Positions 49,910 through 60,014 are shown, counted from the first letter of the stretch. The stretch: DNA of 64,000 bases from Candidatus Multivorans sp. (GCA_965224025.1 OZ245033.1:3040001-3104000); one strand, 5' to 3'. The notes: generated by a model not told the origin, from the letters alone. Made by a program: numbers and translations.

Positions 49910-50455
49910 CTACGCAGTGCCGGGTCGGGAGTTGCCGCCACTTTCCTCCATCGTGGCGAGCACGGAGTTGAGGCTGTCGGCGAGGGTGGCGTAGAAGCGG
50001 ATAAACCCGTCCAGGCGGCCAGCGACGACGCTCCCGTCGGCGCCGCTGGGAAGGAGCGCCTGCTTCATCTCTTCGGCCATGGCCTGCCGGTCGCGGAAGC
50101 GGTCCGCGACCCGCTGCAGCAGGCCGGGTTGCTCGTTGATCTGGAAGTAGTCACGGCGGTCGCCCGGGCGAGTAACCCGTTCGATGACGCCCATGTTTTC
50201 CAGCAGACGGGTGTTCGTACTGATGCTGCCGCGGCTCACGCGCAGGCGCTCGGCCAGACGGTCGAAGCGAAGTGGCTGCGGCGACAGGATGAGCAGGCCG
50301 ACCAGGCGGCCCGCGATGCGGGGCAGACGGTCCTCTTCGAGCGCCAGACCCATGCCCTCGATGAAACGTTCTTTCGCGGCGTCGAGGCTGAGGCCGGCCG
50401 CGGCGGAGGGCTCGGCGGATCGATCCGGAACGGAAATCGGCTCGGAGACGGCCAT
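49910..50455 (-). CDS. GbsR/MarR-family transcriptional regulator
   Basis: LPRIAGRL.G.L, L.VSRGSIS.N.RLL and PGDRRDYF. Confidence 0.9.
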   Translation of the reverse strand: MAVSEPISVPDRSAEPSAAAGLSLDAAKERFIEGMGLALEEDRLPRIAGRLVGLLILSPQPLRFDRLAERLRVSRGSISTNTRLLENMGVIERVTRPGDRRDYFQINEQPGLLQRVADRFRDRQAMAEEMKQALLPSGADGSVVAGRLDGFIRFYATLADSLNSVLATMEESGGNSRPGTA

Positions 50456-50464
50456 GAGTCAGAG

Positions 50465-50493
50465 ATGTTGGAACATTTGATTTGTTTTGTCAA
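50465..50493 (-). promoter_or_regulatory. Sigma70-type promoter of the regulator-RND operon
   Basis: TTGACA-N17-CAACAT, 9 nt before the ATG, in an AT-rich patch. Confidence 0.7.
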
Positions 50494-50556
50494 GACTGAA
50501 CGGGATGAACAGCGAGAACGGAACCGAGCTTGCCCCAAGCCGCTAGGCTCGCGGCC

Positions 50557-50943
50557 ATGCGGTCCTCAAAGCGTCGCTCGAGCCCCGGGTTCCTGCCCCT
50601 GCTTCTGGGCCTCGTAATGCTCGTCTTCGCATTGCTGCAGCTCAACGACCCGGACCCCCTCATCTGGGTGAGCTACTACGCGGCAATCGCCTGCGCCTGT
50701 ACGGTCGCCGCCTACCGGCCGCTGCCCACGGCCGCGTTCCTGGGCTTGGCCGCGGTGACCGCGGCCGGCGCGGTGCTCACCCTGCCGGGCTTTACCGACT
50801 GGGTGCTGAACCGCCCGACGAGCGATCTCTGGGCGCCGATGTCGGCCGACCGGATGTACATCGAGCACAGCCGGGAGCTGCTGGGACTCGTGATTGCCGG
50901 CACCTGTCTGGTAACCGCACAGTGGCTGTCGCGGAGGCGGTAG
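50557..50943 (+). CDS. TMEM220-family membrane protein
   Basis: QLNDPDP.IW..YY and IE..RE..GL.I. Confidence 0.85.
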   Translation: MRSSKRRSSPGFLPLLLGLVMLVFALLQLNDPDPLIWVSYYAAIACACTVAAYRPLPTAAFLGLAAVTAAGAVLTLPGFTDWVLNRPTSDLWAPMSADRMYIEHSRELLGLVIAGTCLVTAQWLSRRR

Positions 50944-51088
50944 CGTCGCCGCTTCGCGGCGCGTTTCTCCCCCCGGGTCAGAAGACCCGGGGTCACGGGC
51001 ACCTGCCTGGTAACCGCGCACTGGCTGTCGCGGAGGCGGTAACGTCGCCGCTTCGCGGCGCGTTGTTTTCCGCGGGTCAGAACCCGGG
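50899..51088 (+). repeat. Imperfect tandem duplication, period 99 bp
   Basis: ggcacctg(t/c)ctggtaaccgc..gtcgcggaggcggta(g/a)cgtcgccgcttcgcggcgcg..gggtcagaa at 50899 and 50998. Confidence 0.9.
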
Positions 51089-51163
51089 TGGCGCGATCCG
51101 CGCCACCAGTCCGTGCGCCTTTCATCGGGCGCGCGGATGGCAGACCCGCGGCTACACCCGCGG

Positions 51164-52462
51164 TTACTTCTCCGGGGCGGCGGCGCTCATCATGAAGCCC
51201 ATCATCATCTCGTCGGTCGACGGCTGGCCGAAGCGGACGGTGCGGCCCGAGTTGAAGCCGTAGCGCTGCGCCTTCTCGGCCGAGTTGTCGTACCAGGCCG
51301 TGTACTCGACCCGGGTGCCCTTGGGGATCCGCTTCAACTGGTCGTAGTAGTAGACCGTCTGCCACGAGAAGTCGAACCGCGGTACGTCCAGCAGCACCTC
51401 GGTGGTGCCGTCGGCGTAGAAGGCCTCGAAGCGCGCGGCCTTGCCCCGCATGTGCATGTGCGGCATCAGGGCGATGATGTCCGTGTCTCGCTGGGCGACC
51501 GTGGAGTAGGGGCCGACTTGGTGGTTGCCGTCGCCCGGCGGGATTGCGAAGGTGAAGTTCATGATCGGCCTGAGGCCGGAGCCCAGCGACCGCGTCACCG
51601 GCTTGTCGGCGAAGACGAAGCCGATCGACGACTGGTCCCACACGCCGGTGCCGGCGCCGGCTTCCTTGTGGTAGTGGATGTCGAAGGTGACCCGTGAGCC
51701 CTTCTTGAGCAGGAAGCCGTAACCCTCCGGATACCGGTTCGCGTCGCTGCCGGAGGAGACGCCGCCCATGTAGTTGCCCGCGTTCTCCGGCGACGGCGCG
51801 ATCTGGTCCTGGTTCGGGAACTCCGGCGGCGGCGGGAGTTCGCCGGTCTCGTCCGGCGCCAGGAGGTGGAGGTTGAAGTGGTGGATGATGTCGCTGTCCG
51901 GCTTGCACTGGAAGGCGACGACCCAGCGGTCCTCCGGCAGATCCTCCTCGGTGAGGATGTAGGAGAAGGCGGCGTAGAGGTCAGAGGCGGAGTCCTCTAC
52001 GAAGTAGGGCTCGGGCATCGTCACGACCAGGTTGGGCTCGCCCACGACCCATCCCCCAAAGCTGGGGAAGTCACGCGGGGGCGGGGCGTCGGCGGCGTTG
52101 CCGGCGGCGCCGCCGGTCGCGGCCCAGCTCACCAGGGTCTCGATCTCGGCCGCGCTGAGCACGCGCTCGTTGGCGAAGGTCCCGTCGTGTTGGGGATGCG
52201 CGTCCCAAGGCGGCATCTCGCGGGCGGCCACGGTGCGGGCGATCGATTTGGCCCAGGGCCGCACGTCGGCGTAGCTGGTCAGCGCCATCGGCGCGCGCAT
52301 GCCGCCATAGTTCGCGCCCGCCGGCCGGTGGCAGTCCTGGCAGTGCATCTGGAGCACCGGCAGCACGTCGGCGTAGAAGGTCGGCGCGTCGCGGTCGGCC
52401 GCGGCGGCCGGCGCGGCAACGAGGGTGAGAAGGACGGCGGCGGGCAGGGCTGAGCGCTTCAT
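51164..52462 (-). CDS. Secreted monoheme cytochrome c + PHM/DBM-like copper monooxygenase
   Basis: Signal peptide; CQDCH..MPPW; IIHH, IHY, PHMH and DEM copper-ligand pattern. Confidence 0.8.
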   Translation of the reverse strand: MKRSALPAAVLLTLVAAPAAAADRDAPTFYADVLPVLQMHCQDCHRPAGANYGGMRAPMALTSYADVRPWAKSIARTVAAREMPPWDAHPQHDGTFANERVLSAAEIETLVSWAATGGAAGNAADAPPPRDFPSFGGWVVGEPNLVVTMPEPYFVEDSASDLYAAFSYILTEEDLPEDRWVVAFQCKPDSDIIHHFNLHLLAPDETGELPPPPEFPNQDQIAPSPENAGNYMGGVSSGSDANRYPEGYGFLLKKGSRVTFDIHYHKEAGAGTGVWDQSSIGFVFADKPVTRSLGSGLRPIMNFTFAIPPGDGNHQVGPYSTVAQRDTDIIALMPHMHMRGKAARFEAFYADGTTEVLLDVPRFDFSWQTVYYYDQLKRIPKGTRVEYTAWYDNSAEKAQRYGFNSGRTVRFGQPSTDEMMMGFMMSAAAPEK

Positions 52463-52504
52463 GGCGTGAGAGTACCAGCGGGCGGTTCGGAGCGGAGCGC
52501 CGCG

Positions 52505-52582
52505 GCCGCTTCGCGGCGCGCCGGATGCCGGCCAGAGGCCGGCGCACACAGTCCGGATGCGGGCGAGACGCCCGCGTTCCCA
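52505..52582. repeat. Cluster of REP-like short palindromes
   Basis: gccgcttcgcggc (also twice at 50.9-51.1 kb), gccggccagaggccggc and gcgggcgagacgcccgc. Confidence 0.6.
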
Positions 52583-52597
52583 AAGCCGGAACTACGC

Positions 52598-55500
52598 TCA
52601 GGCGGTCGCCAACTGCTGTTCCGGGTGCATCTCGTCGACATCGACGCCGACGATCTTCGACACGCCCCGTTCCTCCATCGTGACGCCGTAGAGCGTGCTC
52701 GCGGCCTGCATCGTCAGCTTGTTGTGCGTGATGACCAGGAACTGGGTGTCGGCCGACATTCGCTTCAGTAGGTCGACGAAGCGCAGGATGTTCGCGTCGT
52801 CGAGCGGCGCGTCCACTTCGTCGAGGATGCAGAAGGGGGAAGGCTTGGTCTGGAACAGGGCGAACAGGAGGGCGATGGCGGCCAGCGCCTTCTCGCCGCC
52901 CGACAGCAGCATGATGTTCTGCGCCCGCTTCCCAGGCGGCCGGGCGGTGATTTCGATGCCGCAGTCCAGCGGGTCGTCCTCGTCCATCAGGCGCATCTCC
53001 GCTTCGCCGCCGCGGAACAGTTCCGTGAAGATGTGGCCGAAGTTCTCGTTGACCTCGCGGAAGGCGCTGACGAAGCGCTCGGAAGAGGTCTTGTCGATGT
53101 CGCGGATCGTGCGTCTCAGGCTCTCGATGGACTCGGTGACGTCGCTCCGTTGTGCGGTCAGGAATTCGTGACGCTCCTGGTGCTCGTCGTACTCGTCGGC
53201 GGCGAGGACGTTGACCGGCCCCATCCTCTGCAGCAGGCCTCGCCGGCGTTCCAGCTCCCCGGTCATCGCTTCGAGGTCGCGCGCCTCGCCGGCCCCGGTT
53301 GCCCGCAGTTCCTGCCCGGCCAGCTCGCGCCCGAACTCCTGGCGGTAGTCCTGGCCCAGGTGTTCCGACTCCTGTTGCAGGCCGGCCTGGCGCACGCGCA
53401 GTTCCTCGATCCGGCCGCGCAGTTCGTCGCGGCGCGCGTCGAGTTCCCGGAGTTGCGCCTCGAGCGTCCGGCCCTGTTCCCGTTCGTCGTCGAGGGCGCG
53501 CTGAGCCCCGGCGGCTTCGTCCTGGGCGTTCGTTCGCTCGGCGAGAGCCTCATCCAGCTCCCGCCGAGCGGCAGCCGCGGCAGCTTCATGCTCGCCGATC
53601 CGCCCCCGCAGCCGGTTCGTTTCGGCGGCCCAGGCTGCGTCGGCCTCGCGCAGCGAGGCGATCTGGGCCTCGACACGCTCCCGCTCGCTCCGTTCCGAGG
53701 CCGCGCGTTCTTCGATCAGGTCGAGCTGCCCCTGGCGGCCGGCCCCCGCGGTGATCCGCTCTTCGCGCTCTTCGCGGGCGCGCTCGACCGCGGCGCTTGC
53801 CTCATCGGCTGCTTGTTGCAAGGCGGCGAGCCGGGTCTCGGACTCCGCGATGTCCGTGTCGACCTTGGACCGCCTTGCCCCTCTCGCCTCGATTTCTCTC
53901 TCCAACTCGTCATGCTCCGCCTGGGCCGCTCCGTGCTCGTGATGAAGAGCCGCACGTCGCTCGCCGATGTCTTGGAGACGGGCCTTGGCCACCGCCAGTT
54001 CCTGGCGCAGTTCCGCGGCTGCCCGTTCCAGGCGCTGGCCCTCGGCGGCGGCTTGATGAACACGCTCGCCGGCCGCTTCGATCTCTCCGCCGAGGGCCGA
54101 ACGCTGTTGTTCCAGTTCGGCGATCCGGTTGCCGAGTTCGTCCATCTGGCGCTGGCGGCCCAGGGCGCCCAGCGCCGCCTGTTCGCCGCGTACCGTCACG
54201 CGCCCGGCCTCGATCCAGAGACGGTCCCGGCACAGGAAGGCGACGCCTGGATGGTGCGGCGCCAGACGCTCGGCATCCTCCGGACTCTCGACCAGGTAGG
54301 CGGGGGGAAGGGCGTTGCGCGCTTCCTCCGGGAGTCCGAGCGCCGCGGCGAGGTCGCCGACGATGGCCGGATCTTCGACCGCCGGGAGCGGCCTTGCGAC
54401 GTTGCCGGAGCGCAGCAGAGTGGCCTGGAAGTCGGAACCGCCGATGGAGCGGGCGATGGCCAGGGCGTCTTCGTCTCCGGGAGTCATGACTGCGTTGCGC
54501 AGGGGGCCGAGGAACAGATCGAGGCTGTGCTCCCAACCTTCGGGAACCTGAACTTCGTCGTCCAGGAAGCGTGGCTCCGGAAGACCCAGTTCGAGCAGAG
54601 CCTTGCGAATCTCGCTCCTCTCTTCGGCGTCGCGCTGGCCGAGTTCACCGAGCACGGCGGCCCTCTTCTGCGCCTCGACCAGTTCCTCGCGACACGTTTC
54701 GAGCTCGGCTTGGGCCTCCTGTCGCCGATTTCGGTTCGCTTCGAGATCGGCCGCCACCCGTTGGGCGGTCCTGGTCTCGGCGATCAGGGCGACCTCCAGG
54801 GATTCGATCTTGGTTCGGACCGCCTCGACTTCGTCATCGATGGCCTTGAGCGCATCGCGGCCGCGGTCGAGGATAGCTTCGGCCCGGTCGCGGCGGTCGA
54901 CGGCCTTCTCGCTGCCGATGCGCTCGGCGATCAGTGTTCCGTGCAGCTCGCCCTGCCGCGCCCGGCAGGTCGCGAGTTCGTCAAGCAGCCGGCGCTGCCG
55001 CTTGCGGGCTTCCGCAATCGCGGTGTCGGCGTTGCCGATGCGCCGGCGGTCCTCCTGGACGTCGGCCAGGGCCTGCTCGCGCTTGGATTGGAGCATCCGG
55101 CGCCGGCCGAGGAGAGCGGCAAGCCGCTCTTCGGCCACTGCGAGGTCGCGCCGACGCCGTTCAGCGCTCACACTGCCGGCTTCGAGCCTTTCGGCGATCT
55201 CCGCGAGCGTGGTTCGGGCGCCCTTGATCAGCTCCTGGCGACCCTCGATCACGGCGAACAGTTTCGCCTGGCGCTCGCTGGACCGAACGGTGTCCTCGGT
55301 GCGAGCGTCGATGACCTGCCGGCAGGCGGCGAGTTCCGCGTTGGCGCGCGCGAGTTCGGCCACCAGATCGGCTTCGCGATCGGTGTCCTGTCTTAGAGTC
55401 GAGGCCAGGTCGTCCAGGTCGGCATGGAGCAGGATCCAGCGCTCCTGGAGCACGGCGTCGAGGAGCTCGCGGTAGGACTGCCGGCGTTCACCGTAGCGGC

Positions 55501-56140
55501 GGGCGGCGTTCGCCTGCCGTTTCAGGGAGCGCAGCCGCCGCTCCACCTCGACGATGATGTCGTCGAGACGAAGCAGGTCGGCGTTTGCGTCCTCAAGCTT
55601 GAGTGTCGCCAGCCGCTTGCGGTTCTTGTAGCGGGTGATGCCTGCCGCTTCTTCGATCAGCTTGCGCCGGTCCTGGGGTTTGCCCGACAGGATCATTCCG
55701 ATCCGCCCCTGTTCGATCACGGAGTAGGCGCGGATTCCCAGACCCGTGTCCATCAGGATGTCGCGGATGTCCTTGAGCCGGACGACCCGGTCGTTCAACC
55801 GGTACTGACCCTCGCCGCCGCGGAAGATGCGGCGTCCGATCGTGATCCGGCCGTCCTCCGCCCGCGGGGTGCTGCCGTCGGTGAGGAAGGAGAGGCTGAC
55901 CTCGGCCATTCCCAGGGGCTTGCGCTCGTGGGTGCCGTTGAAAATGACTTCCTCCATGGAACTGCCGCGCAGCGACTTGGCGCTCTGCTCGCCCAGTACC
56001 CAGGTGATCGCCTCGGCCAGGTTGCTCTTGCCGCAGCCGTTCGGCCCGACGATCGCCGTGATTCCGTGCGCGAAGTGACTCGTCATCGGCTCAACGAAGG
56101 TCTTGAAGCCGTTGACTTTCAGGTGTTCCAGTTTGAGCAT
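52598..56140 (-). CDS. smc: Chromosome segregation protein SMC
   Basis: GFKTF, GPNGCGKSN, EQG, long coiled coil, LSGGEK, LDEVDAPLD and ITH. Confidence 0.97.
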   Translation of the reverse strand: MLKLEHLKVNGFKTFVEPMTSHFAHGITAIVGPNGCGKSNLAEAITWVLGEQSAKSLRGSSMEEVIFNGTHERKPLGMAEVSLSFLTDGSTPRAEDGRITIGRRIFRGGEGQYRLNDRVVRLKDIRDILMDTGLGIRAYSVIEQGRIGMILSGKPQDRRKLIEEAAGITRYKNRKRLATLKLEDANADLLRLDDIIVEVERRLRSLKRQANAARRYGERRQSYRELLDAVLQERWILLHADLDDLASTLRQDTDREADLVAELARANAELAACRQVIDARTEDTVRSSERQAKLFAVIEGRQELIKGARTTLAEIAERLEAGSVSAERRRRDLAVAEERLAALLGRRRMLQSKREQALADVQEDRRRIGNADTAIAEARKRQRRLLDELATCRARQGELHGTLIAERIGSEKAVDRRDRAEAILDRGRDALKAIDDEVEAVRTKIESLEVALIAETRTAQRVAADLEANRNRRQEAQAELETCREELVEAQKRAAVLGELGQRDAEERSEIRKALLELGLPEPRFLDDEVQVPEGWEHSLDLFLGPLRNAVMTPGDEDALAIARSIGGSDFQATLLRSGNVARPLPAVEDPAIVGDLAAALGLPEEARNALPPAYLVESPEDAERLAPHHPGVAFLCRDRLWIEAGRVTVRGEQAALGALGRQRQMDELGNRIAELEQQRSALGGEIEAAGERVHQAAAEGQRLERAAAELRQELAVAKARLQDIGERRAALHHEHGAAQAEHDELEREIEARGARRSKVDTDIAESETRLAALQQAADEASAAVERAREEREERITAGAGRQGQLDLIEERAASERSERERVEAQIASLREADAAWAAETNRLRGRIGEHEAAAAAARRELDEALAERTNAQDEAAGAQRALDDEREQGRTLEAQLRELDARRDELRGRIEELRVRQAGLQQESEHLGQDYRQEFGRELAGQELRATGAGEARDLEAMTGELERRRGLLQRMGPVNVLAADEYDEHQERHEFLTAQRSDVTESIESLRRTIRDIDKTSSERFVSAFREVNENFGHIFTELFRGGEAEMRLMDEDDPLDCGIEITARPPGKRAQNIMLLSGGEKALAAIALLFALFQTKPSPFCILDEVDAPLDDANILRFVDLLKRMSADTQFLVITHNKLTMQAASTLYGVTMEERGVSKIVGVDVDEMHPEQQLATA

Positions 56141-56223
56141 GGCGTGGTTGTCCAGCAGCGTGTACGGTCGGCAGGGATGGGAACCCGTTGCCATGGAGGA
56201 ACTTAGCAGCTTTCGCGCATAAG

Positions 56224-56271
56224 TCACAACTTGTTGTGCCCTTGCGGCCCAGGTTCCACAACATATGGCGC
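56224..56271. promoter_or_regulatory. Tandem NrdR-box-like operators between divergent smc and pyrR
   Basis: tcacaacttgttgtgc (56224) and ccacaacatatggcgc (56256), 32 bp apart, match acaCwAtATaTwGtgt. Confidence 0.65.
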
Positions 56272-56303
56272 TTGCGTCGACAGACTGATACGCTGCCGCG
56301 CCA

Positions 56304-56858
56304 GTGAGCAACCTGACCGTCAAGAGGACGCTGTTCGACGCCCGCCAGATGGCGCGAATGATGCGCCGGATGGCGGCCGAACTCGTCGAGCGCGCCGGAG
56401 GCACCGAGACGCTGATGCTGATCGGCGTCCGAACGCGCGGCGTGCCGCTGGCGGATTTCGTGGCCGCCGAGATCGCGCGCACCGAGGGTGTCGACCTGCC
56501 GGTGGGCGTGCTCGACATCACGCTCTACCGGGACGACCTGTCGATGATCGCGCCGCAACCGGTGGTCAAGGAGAGCGTGCTGCCGGTGCCGCTCGACGAC
56601 AAGATCGTCGTGCTCTGCGACGACGTGCTCTACAGCGGCCGGACGATCCGCGCGGCGATGGACGCGCTGATGGACTATGGCCGGCCGCGTGCGATCCGGC
56701 TCGCCGTGCTGATCGACCGGGGTCACCGCGAGCTGCCGATTCACGCCGACTGCGTCGGTGAGAACGTCCAGACGACGGACACCGAAGTGATCAAGGTCTC
56801 CTACGCCGCGACCGACGACGGCAAGGAGATGGTCCAGCTCCTCGAGCGCGAACCGTGA
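56304..56858 (+). CDS. pyrR: Bifunctional pyr regulator / uracil phosphoribosyltransferase
   Basis: [30 protein letters not shown] and DRGHRELPI. Confidence 0.97.
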   Translation: MSNLTVKRTLFDARQMARMMRRMAAELVERAGGTETLMLIGVRTRGVPLADFVAAEIARTEGVDLPVGVLDITLYRDDLSMIAPQPVVKESVLPVPLDDKIVVLCDDVLYSGRTIRAAMDALMDYGRPRAIRLAVLIDRGHRELPIHADCVGENVQTTDTEVIKVSYAATDDGKEMVQLLEREP

Positions 56859-57802
56859 GCGAACTCAGGTGGCAGCGAGGCGACCTGCTTGGGGTCGCCG
56901 AGTTGTCCACAGAGGAGATCATTCACGTTCTCGACACCGCGGAGTCGTTTGTCGAGGTTGCGGCGCGGCCGGTCAAGAAGGTGCCGACGCTGCGCGGCAA
57001 GACGGTGATCAACCTCTTTTTCGAGGCGTCGACGCGAACCAGGTCGAGTTTCGAGATCGCCGAGAAGCGGCTCTCCGCCGACAACATCAACTTCGGGGCG
57101 TCCGGTTCGTCGCTGTCCAAGGGCGAATCGCTTCTCGATACCGCGCGCAACCTGGAGGCGATGGCGCCCGATCTGGTCGTCATCCGGCACGCGCACCCCC
57201 GGGTTCCCCACGGTCTCGCGGACCGCATCGGTTCGGGAGTCGTCAACGCCGGCGACGGCGCCCACGAGCATCCGACCCAGGCGCTGCTCGACGCCTTCAC
57301 GATCCGTCGCCACAAGGGCCGGGTCGAGGGCCTCAAGGTGGCGATCGTCGGTGACGTGGCGCACAGCCGCGTAGTGCGTTCAAACGTCCTCTGCCTTAGC
57401 AAGCTGGGCGCCGAGGTCACGATCGCCGGTCCGCGCACGATGATGCCCGAGGCGCCCGAGGCGCTCGGCGCGCGGGTTGCCTACTCCCTGGAGGAAGCGA
57501 TCTGCGGCGCGGACGCGATCATGATGCTGCGCGTGCAATTGGAGCGGCAGGCGCGCGCCTCCTTCCCCTCGGAGCGCGAGTACTTCGAGTTCTTCGGTCT
57601 CACGGCGGACCGGCTGCAAGCCGCCGCGGACGACGTGATCATCATGCACCCGGGGCCGATGAACCGCGGCGTCGAGATCGCAAGCGAGGTGGCGGACGGT
57701 CCCTGGTCGGTGATCCTCGAACAGGTGGCGAACGGCGTCGCGGTGCGGATGGCGGTGCTCTATCTGCTGGCCGGGGCCAAGAGCAGCGTGGAGGGCCCGT
57801 GA
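56855..57802 (+). CDS. pyrB: Aspartate carbamoyltransferase catalytic subunit
   Basis: [18 protein letters not shown] and HPGPMNRG. Confidence 0.98.
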   Translation: MSELRWQRGDLLGVAELSTEEIIHVLDTAESFVEVAARPVKKVPTLRGKTVINLFFEASTRTRSSFEIAEKRLSADNINFGASGSSLSKGESLLDTARNLEAMAPDLVVIRHAHPRVPHGLADRIGSGVVNAGDGAHEHPTQALLDAFTIRRHKGRVEGLKVAIVGDVAHSRVVRSNVLCLSKLGAEVTIAGPRTMMPEAPEALGARVAYSLEEAICGADAIMMLRVQLERQARASFPSEREYFEFFGLTADRLQAAADDVIIMHPGPMNRGVEIASEVADGPWSVILEQVANGVAVRMAVLYLLAGAKSSVEGP

Positions 57803-57817
57803 CTTGAGGGGGACGAC

Positions 57818-59107
57818 TTGAACGGGGCGCTGCTCATCCGTGGCGGCCGGGTCGTGGATCCGAGCCAGGAACTCGATGGCCGGGCCGATGTCCTGATCGA
57901 GGACGGCGTGGTCACGGCGTGCGGCCCGGAGCTCAAGGCGCCGGACGGAGCACGGGAAGTCGACGCCGCCGCGTTGGTGGTGACGCCGGGTCTCATCGAC
58001 ATGCACGTCCATCTGCGCGAGCCCGGACAAGAGTACAAGGAGACGATCGACAGCGGCGCCCGCGCCGCCGCCGCGGGCGGCTTCACCGCGGTCGCTTGCA
58101 TGCCGAACACGGCGCCGGTGAACGACGATCCGTCGGTCACCGAGTTCGTCCTCAGGCAGGCCGAGCGGGCCGGTTCGGCTCGGGTCCACCCGATCGCCGC
58201 GGTGAGCAGGGGGCTCGAGGGCCGGGAACTGACCGAATTCGGGGCGCAACGCCGCGCCGGCGCGGTGGCGCTGTCGGACGACGGGCGGCCGGTGTGGAAC
58301 GCGGCTCTCATGCGGCAGGCGCTGCGCTACGCCCGGCACTTCGACCTGCCCGTGATCCAGCATGCGGAGGAGCTCGAACTCTCGGGCGACGGAGTGATGC
58401 ACGAAGGCCGGTTCTCGACCCTGCTCGGGGTGTCCGGGATTCCCGGCGCCGCCGACGACGTGATGGTCTGCCGCGACCTCGTGCTCACAGCCGACACCGG
58501 CGGCCGCTACCACCTGGCGCACATGTCGACCGCCCGCAGCCTGGAACTGATCCGGGACGCGAAGGCGAGCGGCCACCGGGTCACGGGCGAGGTCTCGGCG
58601 CATCACCTGCTGCTGTGCGACGAGGACGTGTACGACTCGGGCCTCGATCCGGACTTCAAGATGCACCCGCCGCTGCGCGGCGCGGCCGACCGGGACGCTC
58701 TGGTGGAGGGCATCGCCGACGGCTCGATCGACGCGATCGCCAGCGACCACGCGCCCCATCATCCGGACGAGAAGGAACTCGACTTCGTCGCCGCGCCGAA
58801 CGGCGTGGTGGGGCTCGAGACGACGCTCAGTCTGTGCCTGGACCGCCTGGTGGGGAAGGGCGCGATCGATCTGACGCGCCTTGTCGAACTGCTGTCGATG
58901 GCGCCGGCCCGGATACTCGGCATCCCGGGCGGCAGTCTGGCCCCCGGCGCCGCCGGCGATGTCACCCTGATCGATATGGACCGCGAAGTCGAGGTCGACC
59001 CGGGCGCCTTCCACAGCAAGTCGCGCAACACGCCCTTCGCGGGCTGGAAGCTCAAGGGCGCCTCCGCCGGCACGATCGTCGGCGGCCGCGTGATCGAGTT
59101 GCCGTAG
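57818..59107 (+). CDS. pyrC: Dihydroorotase (type I)
   Basis: DMHVHLREPG, MPNT, SDHAPH and SKSRNTPF. Confidence 0.97.
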   Translation: MNGALLIRGGRVVDPSQELDGRADVLIEDGVVTACGPELKAPDGAREVDAAALVVTPGLIDMHVHLREPGQEYKETIDSGARAAAAGGFTAVACMPNTAPVNDDPSVTEFVLRQAERAGSARVHPIAAVSRGLEGRELTEFGAQRRAGAVALSDDGRPVWNAALMRQALRYARHFDLPVIQHAEELELSGDGVMHEGRFSTLLGVSGIPGAADDVMVCRDLVLTADTGGRYHLAHMSTARSLELIRDAKASGHRVTGEVSAHHLLLCDEDVYDSGLDPDFKMHPPLRGAADRDALVEGIADGSIDAIASDHAPHHPDEKELDFVAAPNGVVGLETTLSLCLDRLVGKGAIDLTRLVELLSMAPARILGIPGGSLAPGAAGDVTLIDMDREVEVDPGAFHSKSRNTPFAGWKLKGASAGTIVGGRVIELP

Positions 59108-59147
59108 CCAGCCAAGAGCTGGGCTACGCTACTTGCCCATGTCCGCG

Positions 59148-59402
59148 ATGACGCGCGTCGTAAGGCTGACGGAGGACGGTGAAATCAGAGTCCCGGAGGG
59201 CCTGCTGGGAGCGCCGGATCTGGGCGAGAGGGTCGAAGTCCGGGCCGAGCTCGGCCGGCTCGTGGTGACCGCGGCGGATTCGGTTCGCCAGTCTCGCCAG
59301 GGCTGGGCCGACGAAGCGCGGGAGATGCGCGCGGCCGGAGACGATCGGCTTCTCGATCCTCACCAGGCGACTTCGTTCGACGATGAGGAGTGGGAGTGGT
59401 AG
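59148..59402 (+). CDS. AbrB/MazE-like antitoxin
   Basis: Swapped-hairpin-like N-terminus, RQGW and acidic FDDEEWEW tail, upstream of a PemK toxin. Confidence 0.8.
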   Translation: MTRVVRLTEDGEIRVPEGLLGAPDLGERVEVRAELGRLVVTAADSVRQSRQGWADEAREMRAAGDDRLLDPHQATSFDDEEWEW

Positions 59403-59405
59403 CTC

Positions 59406-59728
59406 TTGGCGGGTGTGGAGCGAGGCGAGGTCTATCTCGTCAGGCTGAACCCGACCGCCGGTAGTGAGATCAGGAAGACGCGGCCCTGCCTCATCGTTTC
59501 GCCGGATGAGTTGAACCAGCAGCTTCGGACCGTCATCGTTGCGCCGATGACCACCGGCGTGCCTACCGGTGGCGACCGATCTGTCGGTTTGAAAGTCGTA
59601 CCGGCTACGTTGCCCTGGACCAGATCCGAACTGTCGACAAGCACCGGCTTGTGCGGCGCCTTGGGCGGTTGGGGCCCCAGACCGTAGTGGACACTCTGAG
59701 GATGTTGAGGGTCATGTTCGCCGAGTAG
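59406..59728 (+). pseudogene. PemK/MazF toxin, frameshifted near 59558
   Basis: LNPTAGSEIRKTRPCLIVSP..VAPMTT; DQIRTVDKHRL..MFAE* is in another frame. Confidence 0.88.
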
Positions 59729-59742
59729 CCTGCTCCAGGGGT

Positions 59743-60014
59743 CTAGCCAATGCTGCGGCCCCCGTCGACGTCGAGGCAGACGCCGGTAGGAAAGGCGGCG
59801 CGAGTTCCATGGCCCCGCGCTTCCCGAGTTGGACCGTGGTCCGGTTCCCCTGGGCGTGATCGATGTCCGCGAGCGCGACGGCGCCGCCCTCGCCGGCGAG
59901 CCTGCGAGCGATCGCCCGGCCGAAGCCGCCCACGGCGCCGGTCACGACCGCGACCTTGCCGGCGAAGCGGGGATCCCGGCGCGCTACGTTGTTGCTGCTC
60001 TTCGAGTCGTCCAT
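59743..60014 (-). pseudogene. Internally deleted SDR oxidoreductase
   Basis: GKVAVVTG..GGFG.AIA (N-terminus) is joined to TGVCLDVDGG (C-terminus). Confidence 0.75.

Noticed and set aside
56141-56303. PyrR-binding attenuator upstream of pyrR
   Set aside because: No ARUCCNGNGAGGYU motif or terminator hairpin was seen.
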